Below are positions 25,220 through 40,254 of a DNA stretch of 64,000 nt, in pieces. The translations under genes and the position numbers were made by a program. The notes beneath the pieces are model-generated. The model searched no databases. It was not told the DNA's origin and saw only the letters and a program-made list of their open reading frames with translations. Positions within the stretch are counted from its first letter, which is position 1. The number at the start of each line of letters is the position of its first letter. The stretch spans positions 248,001 to 312,000 of the forward strand of contig JAIVFI010000003.1 in the NCBI GenBank assembly GCA_025558095.1, written 5' to 3'. The DNA is from Hyaloraphidium curvatum SAG 235-1. Its lineage: Eukaryota > Fungi > Monoblepharomycota.

Positions 25220-26405
25220 CTAGGCCTTTGGCTTCCATCCGCCATCAATCGTGCGGTTCCAAAACACAGCGACGGGATCGGCTCCCTTCACCCGTTTCAT
25301 CTCCGCGCCTTGCCAATCCGCTTTCTTCGGAAGACTTCCTATATCCCACAAACGCTCGATCTCAAACAATCCGCGGAACTTGTACTGATTTGCCGCAAGC
25401 CACTCGTAGACTGGGAACCTCCCGTTCGGCACAGCCGGGTAGTTCTTGGCGACCACGTTGTCCCACTCGTGACCGGCAAGCGACAAGAAAAGCTTATTGC
25501 CCCCTTGTTTGACCCAGTTGCCGCCGTCTCGGTCGAGCCTTATGCAGAAGAACATGAGAATTGCGCCTCGCGCTGTCACGGTCGCGCACTGCCTGTTCCC
25601 GTGCCCGCCGAATGCGCAATGGATCTCGACGCGCTGCCAGGGGGCGCTCGGCGTCCGGCTCACTTGGCGGAGATAGGGGTCTAGCTTGTCGGTGCCAAGA
25701 TCTGCCCAACTGTCCAATTTGCGATGCGATGAGGTTTTGGGAGCTCCGTTGACCCTCGGAGCTTTCCTCTTGCGTCGTGATGCACAATCGGAGGCCTTAG
25801 GTCCTTTCTCGGGATCATCCGTCTGGTCAGAGGGTTCGGATGACGACCTAACGGTGTCCTTTTCCAATTCCTCGTCCCGAGACGAGTCCACTGGTGAGGC
25901 GAGCAACCTCAGAGATTTCCGGCGCGGAACTGAATCCTCCTCATCGTCCGACCCATTTTGCTTCGGGACCCTCGCCCGTTTAGACTGGATTCGGCCGGCT
26001 GACGGCACGAACCCCAGAGCCTCGTTCGAGCTTTTGCGCATTCTCGGTCGTGGTCTTGGGATCGAGAAGGTTGAGTTAGACACCCTGCACGCAATGAAGA
26101 CAGATGCTGCCTACCTGAGCGCTCGTTGCCGCAGCGACCTCCTTGATTTCCGAATGGTTCCCGCCGGACACCGCTCGGTCCGCCGGCGAACTCTCATAGA
26201 GGAACACGGGCTCGTCGTCGTCCGCCGCTTCCACCTTAACCCGGGCAGAAATAGAGTCCGCATGGCGCACGTCGTCCACCAGTGTTTCCGGCGACGAGGC
26301 GGGCTCAGATACCGGCTCCTTGGGGACACGGTCCGCCGGAACCGCCAGCGCGCGCGGTCCTTCGGTCTCCACTGGAGGCGCGTCGAAGAGCTCCAGGAAC
26401 GACAT
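25220..26405 (-). CDS. hypothetical nuclear protein with C-terminal SRA/PUA-like domain
   Basis: ATG 26405; a two-intron model (26055-26114 and one near 25963-26011) links to the 287-aa frame. Basic stretch SRRKRK; C-terminal WQRVEIHCAFGG..ILMFF..GNW..FPVYEW..YKFRGLFEI. Confidence 0.5.
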
Positions 26406-26723
26406 CGCGGACACTTCGCGCAAAACGAAAGGGCAGAGGGCGGCACACTGGCCGGAAAGCGCCTGGGGCGAGTGGAGCTTTGGAAGTGTTGTGGGGACCT
26501 CGGTCACGACGACCTTTTGTCGTTCCATCACGCCAACCCTCTTCCCATGTATGCGAACGAACCGACGCTGATTTGCAGATGGGCAGTGTCGCGCCATGCA
26601 GTGACGAAGCCGGACCCGGCGATCGGACGGACCCGCGCGCCACCGGCCCCGGGCGGCCCGCCCCGCCAGAGTAGAGATCGCCTCGAATTCGCTTTTCCCC
26701 TCCTGCCACGACGCCCCAACCAC

Positions 26724-27287
26724 ATGCAGATCGTCAAGCAGTCCGAGCCGTATAGAAAACTTCCCGCGCTGGACAGCGTCAAGGGCCTCGAGTGTGGAAA
26801 TCGCGCACTCCTCCATTCGTTCACTGATGTCGCTCCGTTTGATCATGCCAGATCGACATCTACCATCACGGTCAAGTCCGTTGCCACGCCTAGAAGTAAG
26901 CCTACTCGTTGCAAGAGGAGCTAGGGAGCTGACAGTTTCGCAAGCTTGCCGGGAGTTCTTCGCCGCCGCACTTCGTGACCGGCGGCGCCTCCACCCGGAG
27001 TGGAGCGACAAGCCCGGAGCTATGGGTAGGTCTCGTAGCCTTTGCTCTACGCGCCAGTAGCATCGATCGCTTACAGGTTTCCATACCAAGTTGATCCGGG
27101 AAGCTTGGGGCAAGCTCGACAAGAAGGAAAAGGGTAGGTAGATCTCGGACAGCGCCTCCTCGACCACCAAGGAAGAGAGCGACGTTATCGAACTGCTCGA
27201 GTCCGACGACGAGAAGATTTAGAGAGCGAGACGCTGCAGGATCGCAGGGCTTTCGACGCCATAGATCTTTGGGAGGAGCTCGGTTGA
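26724..27287 (+). CDS. small HMG-box-like protein (spliced; C-terminus uncertain, stop at 27141 or 27287)
   Basis: Introns 26896-26944 (GTAAGC..CTGAC..AAG) and 27026-27076 (GTAGGT..TACAG) give TPRTCREFFAAALRDRRRLHPEWSDKPGAMGFHTKLIREAWGKLDKKEK, which has HMG-box spacing. Confidence 0.5.
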
Positions 27288-27369
27288 AGTGGATGTCATG
27301 TAGGTTCGGGTCCGGTGATTGCCCAATTGCAACTCAAAGTGATCATCGCTTTTATTGCGTCGTCGCAAC

Positions 27370-29518
<2,149 letters not shown>

Positions 29519-30124
29519 CGTGCCGGTGGTCAACGCAACGACGGGAGCGTGGCGTTTGCGCACGAAAAATGCTAGTCGCGGGAGCGCTCGGAGGCCTGGC
29601 GGAACAAACGCGAAAGGCAGCCCTTGCTCGGCCATGAGGACCTCGCAGACCGTCTCCACATGACTTCTATTAGATCTCAGGCTAAGCATCCATCTCCGGG
29701 TGGCGACAGCGGGATTGGAGTCCTGGCGATCTCTGGATGGCCCATCCTTGGCACGCTTGACGCCAATGAACTACAAGCTAGCTACCAGCGGTCATCCGTG
29801 GAATTTGCAGCTTGAGAAGAAGCCATCCACAGTCATTTGTCGCGATTGGGCTGGAATGGGCTGGGATGCACGGTCGGGGGTCCTGCGAAGCTAGGTCCCG
29901 CCCATCAATCCTGCGTGACGACGCCCAAATTGGCATCATCCAGCTTTCATGAGCTCGCCAGGTGATTGAAAACCGCTCCCGAGGACTCTCCGCGTCGGAA
30001 ACGGGCGTGTTTACTTTCGGCTTCCTTCGGACCTGCTTAGGGTTTCTCTAGCAAGCGCCTTAACCACCTCTCTCTCCTCTGTCGGCGCCACCCCTTCCTC
30101 CATCTCCTCCCATCTCTGCCGGAG
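29519..30124. promoter_or_regulatory. putative bidirectional promoter of ATP2/ATP16
   Basis: 606-nt gap between divergent start codons, with lower GC than the flanking exons. Confidence 0.5.
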
Positions 30125-30862
30125 ATGCTTCGTTTCGCACCGCGCCTTCTGGTTTCTGCGCGACCGGCGGTTTCCCGGGCCGCGCCCCGCGCCGGTGCGT
30201 CCTCCCCGCCCCCGCCCGCGCCCCGCTCACCTCCCGCAGCCCGCGCGTACGCCACCGAGGCCGCGCCCGCGCCGCCCGCCGGCGAGAAGGGCAAGCTCAC
30301 CCTCAACTTCGTCGCGCCGCACCAGGTCCGCACGGTCGCCCGCCGCCCGGATGCCGCCTGACGCCCCCCGCAGACCTTCTACTCGCGCACCGTCGTGCAG
30401 CAGGTCAACCTCACCACCTCGGACGGCGACATCGGCATCCTCGCGGACCACGTGCCGATCGTGGAGCAGCTGGTGCCCGGCGTGGTGGAGGTCGTGTTCG
30501 ACGCGGGGAAGAGCGAGAAGCTGTTCGGTGGGGTGCCCGGCCGGGCGTCTACGGCCTTTAGGGGCGAGGGCTGACGCCGGATGCAGTGAGCGGGGGTTTC
30601 CTGGCAGTGAACCCGGATTCGACGTGCAACATCACCGCCGTGGAGGCCGTGCCGCTGGAGCAGATCGACTTCGAGGTGGGCGGACGCGGGCCGGACCCCT
30701 CGTGTTCCCACGTCTAAATCCGGGATTGATTGGCAGGCCGCCAAGCGCGGGCTGGAGGAGGCGCAGCGGAAGCTGTCGTCCTCGTCGTCGGAGGAGGACA
30801 AGGCCGTAGCGCAGATCGAGATCGACACCTACACGGCGCTCGTGGGCGCCGCAACAAAATGA
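30125..30862 (+). CDS. ATP16: mitochondrial F1 ATP synthase subunit delta
   Basis: Presequence MLRFAPRLL..RAYATEA; KLTLNFVAPHQ, QVNLTTSDGDIGILADHVP, LVPGVVEV, SGGF, ITAVEAVPLEQID and AVAQIEID. Three introns. Confidence 0.95.
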
Positions 30863-31050
30863 GCGCTGTAGGGGCGTCGGACTAGAGGCCGTGCACGAAC
30901 GAAGCGCTTTCCGGGTCTGAGTCTTCCGTCGGTTCCGAGCCATCGTCGACTTGCAGCCCGGACCGTTCCCAAACCATCACCCTACCGCCCGTCTCTCGCT
31001 GCAGCTCGTGACTTCCAATTCCGCAAAACAGCACTGTACATCGCATCCCC

Positions 31051-34000
31051 TCAGAATGCCTTGACGATCATCTTGCGCGCCGGGTCGTACCCGAATCGGT
31101 TCCGCTTAAACAGGTCGCTGCCGTAGAAGGGCGAGACATCGTAGATGCCCAGCTCGCGCGCCTGAAAGCAAACCATCAGCATCCGTCTGCGTACCGCATC
31201 CGCGAACCTGGAGCTCACCCTGGCCTCGAAGTCCTCGGCGTCCATCTCGAGCCGCTCGGGCATGTTGGCGGCGCCGTGCTTGTACGAGTAGTACTGCACG
31301 TGGTCCCGGACGATGTCGGCTAGGACGTGGTTGAGGAGCTCGTCGTTGTCGCGGTGGAAGTTGATGTAGCGGGCGAATTGCTGCGAGGGGAGTGTCAGGC
31401 CCGCAGTGCTTGTGATGCGTGAGATCCCCCGGCCAGTGCCCACCTTCTGCATCTGCCGACGCACGCTCCACTTCTGCGCCTTCACGAAGCTGTCCACCAT
31501 GACCCGGATGGCCATGTTGACGTCGTCCGAGCGCACCTCGTCGCGCAGGTGCATGCGCGCGTTCGCCTCGGAGAGACGGATCATGCTCTCGAGGTGACGG
31601 ACCGTGATCGGGATCGAGTCGCCCACGAGCGACGCCCGCCGCAGCTCGGCGTACACGGCAGAAAGCCGGTCCACGTCCACGTTGCCCAGCTTGGGCTGCA
31701 CGCGGTCCTTGGCGTACATGATGTACTTCTTGAGCAGGTCCTGCGGGATGACGTCCTTGTCCTGGGCCTTGACCACCGTGTTGCTCTCGGCGTCGAACTT
31801 GGGGTGGCTCCGCACGTGCGAGTCCACCACAAACTCGGCAAGCATGCCGTCCACCACCGGGTCCGCGCGGTCCTGGATCACGCAGAGCACGTCGAAACGA
31901 GACAGAATGGGCTCGGTGAGCTCGACATTCTGGTTGAACGGGATGCGGGGGTCGTAGCGGCCGCGAACGGGGTTCGCAGCAGCAAAGACTGTGCAGCGGG
32001 CCTGCAGCGAGGTGACAATGCCAGCCTTGGAGATGGAGATGGTCTGCTGCTCCATGGCTTCGTGGATCGAGGTCCGATCCTGGTCGTTCATCTTGTCGAA
32101 CTCGTCGATCAGGCTGCGAACGGTGCGATCAGGCACGGTTTCAAATGCCCAAGAGTCGGGAATGCCCACCAGACGCCCTTATCCGCGAGCACGAGCGCGC
32201 CGCCCTCGAGGGTCCACTCCCGAGTCAGGGGATCCTTGCGGACGCTCGCTGTGAGACCGACGGCGCTGGCACCCTGGCCGGTCGTGTACACGGCCCGGTT
32301 CGCGGTCTTTTCGATGTACTTGAGGAGCTGCGATTTGGCGGTACCGGGGTCGCCGAGCATGAGCACGTTGATATCGCCACGGATGCGGTGCTTGTTGAGC
32401 GGGTTCTTGGCGACACCGCCAAACAGGGCGAGGGCGACGGCAGTCTTGACGTCCTCGTGGCCGAAGATCGAGGGCGCGATCGACTTGATGATCTGGAGGA
32501 AGGTGCACGATGAGCAAACGGAAGAGGGAGAAGCCCAATTGCGATCGACGCACCCTCCGGCCGATCTTGTCGTCCTGAGAAAGCCTCTGGATCAGCTTCT
32601 CGTCGTCCTCCGTCAGCCGGAAGCTGGCAAAGAGGTCCTCCTTGCGGCTGATGTAGTTGGCCTCGATCACCGTGGCAAAGACGGGGAAGCCGTTCTTGGA
32701 GTTGAGCGCTGCGTTGAAGTTGTTGCGGTAGATGCCCGTCACATCCACCTCCTCGCCCGGCCTCGCCGAGTCGATCAGGTCCCACAGGAGAATCACCTCG
32801 CGGGTGCGAGGCAAGCGACCGGCAGGGACGCTCCCGGGGGTCTCTTGCAGCGTCATCCGCTGGTAGTTGCGGTAGACAGTCTGGCAAACCGCATTAGAAC
32901 GCCTTGAGCAAGAGAACTGAGCGTCACCGACCTGCTCCGAGTTGACGTTAAAGGGCCCCTTCGACTGGCACTGCGGGCAGTTGTTGAGCTTGATCTCGTT
33001 CATGATGTCCTGGTAGAACGGCCCCAGAGTGGCGCCGCACTTGACGCAGTCGTACTTGACGTACTTGAGCTGCGGGAAGACGGATGTCCGGCGCGTGACG
33101 ACGCCCGAGACGCGGATGAGGCAGTTGAGGGAGGATTGCCTGCGGAGGAATCAGAAGAGGGGAAAGGGGCAGCTGCTGTCCCTCCAACCTGAGGTCCCGC
33201 AGCGCCTCGGGGTAGGGCATGTCGGCGATCCTGACGTGGATCTCCTGACGGATCTCGTCGTAGTGCGGGTACACATCCAGCGTGACGTCCATGGCCACGC
33301 GGTCAAAGATCCGCAGGGCTTCCGCCGGTGCGTTGCTGAGCACGTAGGCGAGCGTGGGCTTGGTGGCCGAGAGGTGCAGGTACGAGACCTCGAGCGACTC
33401 GCCGTTGGCCTCGCACATGGCCTGGATGCGGTTGGCATAGACCGGTGCGCCCTCCTCGTCGGCAAAGCTCGTAAGGAAGCCGCGGAACTCCCGCTCAAAG
33501 AACTGGGCGACGCCCTCGAGAGAAAGGTAGTCCATCAGCACCGTGCCCCTCATGTCCCCGAGAGTTTCGATGTCGACGATAGCCTCCGTGTCCTGGAAGC
33601 GGCAGTCGTCGGTCGATGCAACGAAATCGAAAGAAAGCACCCACGTCCACGTCCATGGTGCCCTCTCCCTCCACCGGCAGGCGACGACGACGCAGCGGCG
33701 GCGTTGCCTCGGATTCCTGGTCATCTGCGCAAAGCGGGCAAGGGCATGAGCTGTAATGGCGGATGCCGACTCTCCGAGACGTACCGCTTTCCAGGTACGC
33801 CGCCGGCAGGCGGTCCCGGCCCTCGGCCCGGTCCCGGCGGCCCATCCGCTGCTCGAGAGCCCGCCGCTCAGCAAGATCCATCTGGTCGTACTCCTGCTCG
33901 TCCAAATCATCCTCGTCGTATTGGTCGAGGCGGACGTTGGGCGCGTAATCCCTGATTGGCACGTGGAATCAGCGCCTGCCAAAAGGGACAGCGAATGCCA

Positions 34001-34499
34001 GGGCTCCGGAGCCAGCTCTCGAAAACCGGAGTGGCCCCGGTCCAAGGGAAGCAGAAGTCATTCTCCGCACCTTTCGAGGCTGTCGCCGAAAAGGTCCTCC
34101 CCCTCCTCGTCCTCCACGTCGTCGGCCGCTTCCAAAACGTCGTCGTTTCTCCGCAGCTCCTCCTCGTCCTCGCGCGCAAACTCATCGTCGTAGTCAGCCT
34201 CTGACGCTGCCTCCGAATCGGGTTCGCGGGGCGCGATGCCCTGCCGAAGCCGCCTCAGGTTCCTGGCGGGCGTCGCCGCCGCCGACCCGGGCTGGCCCGC
34301 CAAGCCGCCGGCGCGGGGCGTAGGGGCGCCATCCGAGCCATCGTCGTCTGGCCGCTCATCGCGGGGGCGTTTTCGGTCCGCCTGGAGGGGTTAGGCCGTC
34401 GGGTCAAAGATTCCGGGCATTTGCGGAGAAGGGGGACGGTGAGCGTTCCGGGCCGTCGGCGGGCGGAGACGCGCGATGTGGCCGCGCAGTGCCCACCAT
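31051..34499 (-). CDS. MCM2: DNA replication licensing factor Mcm2
   Basis: Acidic N-terminus [25 protein letters not shown] zinc finger, [32 protein letters not shown] and LSRFD. First exon inferred to be the ATG only. Confidence 0.96.
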
Positions 34500-34805
34500 T
34501 GCACGTTTGTGCCTCCGAGCAGCACTGCGTCGAGACTCCTCTGGAGGGACGCGGTGAGGGACGCGAAATTCAGATTTGAAACCGGAGGTGGGACGACAGA
34601 ACCACACCGACTCGACTCCTGTGATCAGTCTGATCACCGGAAAAGAGACTGGACTCGGACGAGGATCCCCGGGTATCGTAATGTAGTAGCACAATATCCA
34701 CATCTCCGGCCGCCGTGGCCTTGCGGCGGCGCACCGGCGCACCGAGACGGACCCGTCACCGTCCCGATCGCCCTCCCCGCCATCTACACAGGCAACTCCG
34801 CAGTC

Positions 34806-37800
34806 TCAAGAAGCTTTTTGCGACAGCGTAATCTTGTCCTGGAAGTTGTTTGGTGAGGAAGGCCGCGGGCGAGCGACGTAGGCGGAACATACCCCGACAC
34901 TCAGGGCCATCCCCTGCGTCTTGGAACGTATCCGAATGTGCCCCGTGATGGCGCCGTTGATCTGCTCTAAGCAGATGTTGGCGAGCGCGTCCTCGCCGAA
35001 GATGCTCTTGGCGTAGAGGTTCGCCGCGAGGAAACCGCACTCGCCGCTCAGGGCGTGCTCCGGCGTGAGGCAGGCCATGTTGGTCGATTTCATGATATGT
35101 TGCATGTACCTGCCGGGGAATGAGCACTGGGACACCCTGCGAGTACGAGCGCTACCCACTCCATGAGGTCCGTAATGTTGGTGTTGACGTTGACCTTGTT
35201 CTCCCACTCGAACTCGGTCCACATGGCGCGGAACTGCGTCTCGGAGCACTGCGCGGGCATGATGTAGTCCATGATGTCGATGTGGATGTCGTTGAGGATG
35301 ACGCAGGTCGTGTCGAGGGCGCCGGGGCCGTCGTAGACGATGTTGCCGAAGATAACGCCGGTCTCCGTCGAGGAAACCTTGATGTTGGCCTTGATGCTGT
35401 GGAATCCGCGCGGCGGGACGGTGTACGGGGCGGGACGCTCGACCAGCTTGAGGTCGCCCAGGGTCGAGAACTCGAGCGTCAGGTTCTGTAGCGTCTCGGC
35501 CGTCTGGTTGACGATGAGCACGTCCAGAAGGATGTCGTACTGGTGGACGTTGACGTAGGCCTCGGCGTACACCGGGTCCGAGAAACCGGTAAGCTGCACG
35601 ACGCGGCTGAGCTTGGAGATGTAGTCGTCGCCGCGCTCGGCGACGCCCGTGGCACGTGTGAGGTCGATGTCGTACTGCAAGAAGCGTCAGTAAAGCTGCC
35701 AATCAGCACAATGTTGGAATCACCTCGTCCGCGCCGTCGGCAAGAGCCTTCTTGGACTTGAGCTGCCTAAATGTTATGACGTCGTCAACCTGGACCTCCG
35801 CGGCCTTCTTGTCGGCAGCCTTCTTCTTCAGCGCCTTGTCCTCCTCGGCTGCCACCAGCTGGCTGAAAGCCTTCCTCGTGTCCTCCAGGAAGACGGTCGT
35901 CAGGAGGCTGTCGCCGCCGACGGTGCCCAAGGTCTTGAGGCACAGCTGGATTCGGTCGCTCGAATCCTCGTCGATCGGCGAGCTGACAAACTCGGACCGT
36001 CCGATCCGGATAATGCTTGTCATGATGAGCATGGCTTCGGCGCGCAGGGCATTCGCCACCGGGCCGCCGCCCGTGAGCTCGGAGTAGCGCAGCACGAGCT
36101 TGGTCATCGAAGTCGACAGCACAGCACCCAGGAAGAAGTCTCCGTTCAGGATCAGGGCTGTAAAGGGCCGTTAGGGTAGGCAAACGCAATTCGGTTGGCA
36201 AAGTTTACCTCGCAGAGGCTGCTTGGCCTTCTTGTCCTCGAGCTTGTTGGTGCCCGCCGAGCGGCTGGTGAAAGCGCTTTCCGTGGCGTAGGTCCCGTCC
36301 GCGAGCACCCGCCGCGCGGCCGGCTGGACAGACGTCGGGGATGCCAGCTTTCCTCCCTCGGCGGCTTCGGCCTTCTCCTCCAACGCCCGCTAGAGGGCAC
36401 GTCAGACACCAACAAAAGCGAGGTGTGAAATATCCCACCTCTTCCGCAGCCAACATCGGCACCTCTCCAATCGACTGGCGGATCGCCTTGAAAGCCGCAT
36501 CGATGCTCTCGATGTCCAGGCTGTACTCCCCGATGATCCAGAGGGCGCCGCGGTAGACGCGTCCAGCTTTGATCTCTCCAAAGCTCTCCACCAGCCGCTG
36601 GATGATGCTGTTCCGGAGCTGCGGGAACTTCTCCATGACCTCGCGGACGAAAGCAATGACGTCCACCGCGCTGGCGTTGCTCGAATCGGCGATGAACTCC
36701 ATGAGAACGTGCACGACGTTGGAGGCAACATTCGGGAACTTGATGGCGCAGGAGTGGATGGCCTGGATGAGAAGCTGGCGGTACTCGGCATTCTGGAGAC
36801 GAAGCATTAACGACAAGGACCGGGCGCGCTGAAGTCCAATGCCCACCTTCTCGTAGTCCTGGTCATGAGTCTTCACGAGTTCCTTCTTGAGGAATCCGAC
36901 GACTTCTTCGACGTTCCGCCCCGTGACGAGGTCCATGCCAATCTTCAAGCACTTCCTCCGAACCTCGATGTCCGGGCTCGTGAGCACCCGCAGCATGTCC
37001 ATCAAGAGATCGTCCAGGACCCGCTCGAACTTCTCCTTGAGCTCGCTCAGCCGGTCCAGGCAAATGAGCTTCACGTTGTTGTCAGCTTCCTTCGAGATGA
37101 GCTCGATGTATGCGGTAGCCGCGGCTGTTTTCCTTCTTCAGCGAACGAAAACGACGTGTGCAGATAGGACCAACCCTTGACGGCCGAAGAGTGCGTGGAC
37201 AGGGTGACGAGCGTTCCGGCCGCCTCGTACTTGACCGCGCTCGACTGAGAGTGGATCAGGTTGAGGATTGCCTGGACATATCGCGCCTTGTCTGCCCCCG
37301 GACTCCGGCAGTCCTTGCGGATGAACTCAATGACGGCAAGCTGCATGTTCTCGTCCATGTTGGGGACCTGGCTCCAGACGGTCTTGAGCCACTCCAAAGC
37401 TTTCCCCATGTCGCTGTTGATGAGCATGATAAAGGCATTCCGTCGGGCGCCTTGGTCGGATTCCTGGGAGCGCGAGCGGTCAGCCTGTGGTCCCCACCGC
37501 CCGAACCCAATCGATTCAGCCCACATTCACGATGTAGGAGGCGATGAGCTCGGCAGCGTCCGGGATGAGGAAGTCGAAGTTGCGGTGAATGGTGTGAATG
37601 GCGAGCACCGCGTTCTTGCGCACATAGGGATAGCGGTGGTCCTGCAGAGCGCCGACGGGGCGCGATTCCGCGACGTCAGGCCCGTCGAACGAAGGTCGGC
37701 AAGCAGCAGACACGCACGAGGCACTGCCGGACGGCAGGGACCAGCGGTTCGAGGATTTCGGGCTCCTTGAGCTTGCACAGGAAGCGGAGAGTCACCCCGC

Positions 37801-38206
37801 GCAGCCACTCGTTCGGGTGGAGAATGTCGTTCCGAATCGCGTTGCTGGTGGCATTCGCGACGTCAGCAGCGTCCCGCGGCGCCGAGGAGGCCGGCGGCGC
37901 GACGCACCAAACGAGGACCATCTCCTGTTTCAGCTTCCCGTTCGGTTGGTACTTCGGGCAAATCTCCCAGTAGATGAGCGACAGCTTCTTCAGCGTCTTG
38001 TTCTTGCTCGGCGTCACGAAGCGGATGATATGCATGAGCAGCCCCGGCGCCGGGTCGCCGTTCAGCATGAGCACGAGGAGCTTCTTCATGGCCTCGATCT
38101 TGACGTCGTCCTTCGGGCTCTCCAGCTGCGTCTTGAGGTCCTGCACGGAGCCTCCATCTTTGTCGTCGTCCTGCGCGACGACCGTGTAGCACGTCGTGTC
38201 GGCCAT
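34806..38206 (-). CDS. SEC26: coatomer subunit beta (COPB1)
   Basis: [65 protein letters not shown] and [13 protein letters not shown]. Confidence 0.97.
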
Positions 38207-38315
38207 GGTGGGCGACGCGCCGTGCTGCAGCGGGGTGTTGGGCGGCGGGTTAGGCCCCTGGGCGTGGCGGCGCGCACCGACAAGTAGCTCCCCAACCGAA
38301 GATCACGATCATGTA

Positions 38316-40227
38316 TTAATCATCGTCTCCGGCCGCGTCTTCAGCTTCTTCTTCCTTGCCCGCTGCAAGCTCCTTGTCGAGGGCGTCCACTGTTTGCGAT
38401 TGCGGCTTCTGGTCCTCTGCGATCGACCCGTCCCGCCTCACGTACCACCGAAACTCTGCGGAATGGCAATCCACCACTCTAACCCACTCGTCGAACCTGT
38501 CGAAATCGAGTAGGTCAGGAAATGGCAGAGCACCTATCCAACCATGGAGCCTACACTTTGAGCTTGGTTTCCTCCTCCACCATCGTGCTCGTGATGTGGG
38601 TGTCGCGAAACTCGTCCATCTCCTTCTCGAAGCGGGAAAAGTCGATGGAGCTTTCGTAGCCTGGATTGTTTTGCCGCTGCCTTTCGTTGTAGTGGTCGTA
38701 CACCACCTGCCGAAGAAGCAGGCCAAGTGCAGGTGCCTTCGGAATGTTGAACCTGACCGAAGAGAAGGAGTGCGGCATCACCGCTATCGGGGTCTTGGTT
38801 CGCACAAGCATGATGGCCATGCCTGCCGGTGCCGCCGTGAGCACAGCTCTACGAATCCTTCGAGACCTACACCCACCGACCATCTTGCGTATTTGGTGCA
38901 GCATGAACGATTGCCCCTTGACCTTGAGACTCAGCCATTCCATCCCGTCCTTGACGAAAGGATCCGAGGACTTGCGAGCCGCTGCAAGTTAGAATGAGAC
39001 GCGGTGGTCTGCCATGACGCTCACGTTGAAGTTCAAGATGTAGCGCTTCGAGCTGTTATCCTCGAATCTCCTGCCAACAGTGTAGTTGTGGTAGTTCCGG
39101 GTCCCTTCGTAGGCCCGAAGGACTTCGCGGAGGTGCTGCAGCTGCTCCGGCTTTATCCGGTACTCCCGTTTGGACGCCATGTCCGCGGCGCTCGAGGGGG
39201 GTATGCCGTACGGAACGAGCTTGCTGTCCGGATTGTGCGGGACCTTTGACACAGCGTCCGGCCCGGGAAACGCAACGACTCCTGCGGGATCAAGAGGCTC
39301 CTCCGCCAGCTTCGACTCTGGATAGTAGCCGGGATGAGGCGGGATGAAGACGTAGGTGGGCAGGAGATATTCGTAGATGCGGGAGTCGCAGGCGTTCTTT
39401 GCGTTGAACGACTTCATCGTCCGGACGACCCCTGAGGTTCCGGCGTCAGCAAGAACCCGTGCAAATGAGGCCGAGAGACTAACCCCAGACCCTGATCTGA
39501 TCTGGGAGGTGAGAATTGATGCGTCCGATAATCTCGGGGTCCTCAAGGTTGGTCATTTTGACCGAAACGACCTGACCGAGCGCATGCACCCCCTTGTCCG
39601 TCCGGGCCGCCCGGTGGAACGAGACCTTCTTGGGGTCGTTCGCATTGTCCTTCGACACCGCACCGGCGGCAACCAAAGCCTTCCAGAGGTCTCCTTCGAT
39701 CGATTTGGCGTTCGGATTGCTGTCACGGCAGGTGAGCGATTCCCCGTCAGGACCAGCTCCGGTCTGGCCCACATTTGCATCCCCTGGTATCCAGTCCCAC
39801 AGTACGACATCATCAAAGCCACCTTCCTCTTTGGCATGCGGGGCTCCTTGCCCTCTCCAGCTTCCCCGTCCTCGTCGCTGTCCGACTGCCGAGGTTCCCT
39901 CGGAGTGCCATAATCGCGCTGCGGGCCCCTTCCGCGGCCCCGTTTCCCACGTCCGCGGCCACCGCGGCGTCCAGCATCCCGATTCAAATCCTTTTGTGGA
40001 GCTTCTGGCTTCCCGGAATCGCCTGCGGGGGCCCCGCCGTCCACTACTGGTGTCGCGCCGTCCGAAGGTCCTGCGGGCTCTGCCGCGCCATCGGCGTCCT
40101 GTCGCGCCAGCTTGGCGTCGGAGGCTTCCAATTCCTCGCCCGGTCGTTTCATCCTGGACAGAAACGGGGCCCAACGCGTTCGGAAAACCGGAAACAGATG
40201 GGCAAGCAGTTTGTGTACTGGCAGCAT
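38316..40227 (-). CDS. PUS1: tRNA pseudouridine synthase (TruA family); second in-frame ATG at 40152
   Basis: KRKVALMMSYCGTGYQGMQ, RAARTDKGVHALGQV, SRIYEYLLP, YEGTRNYHNYT, GQSFMLHQIRKM and IPKAPALGL. Confidence 0.95.
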
Positions 40228-40254
40228 CTGGCCTGATCCCCCACTCCCGCCTCG

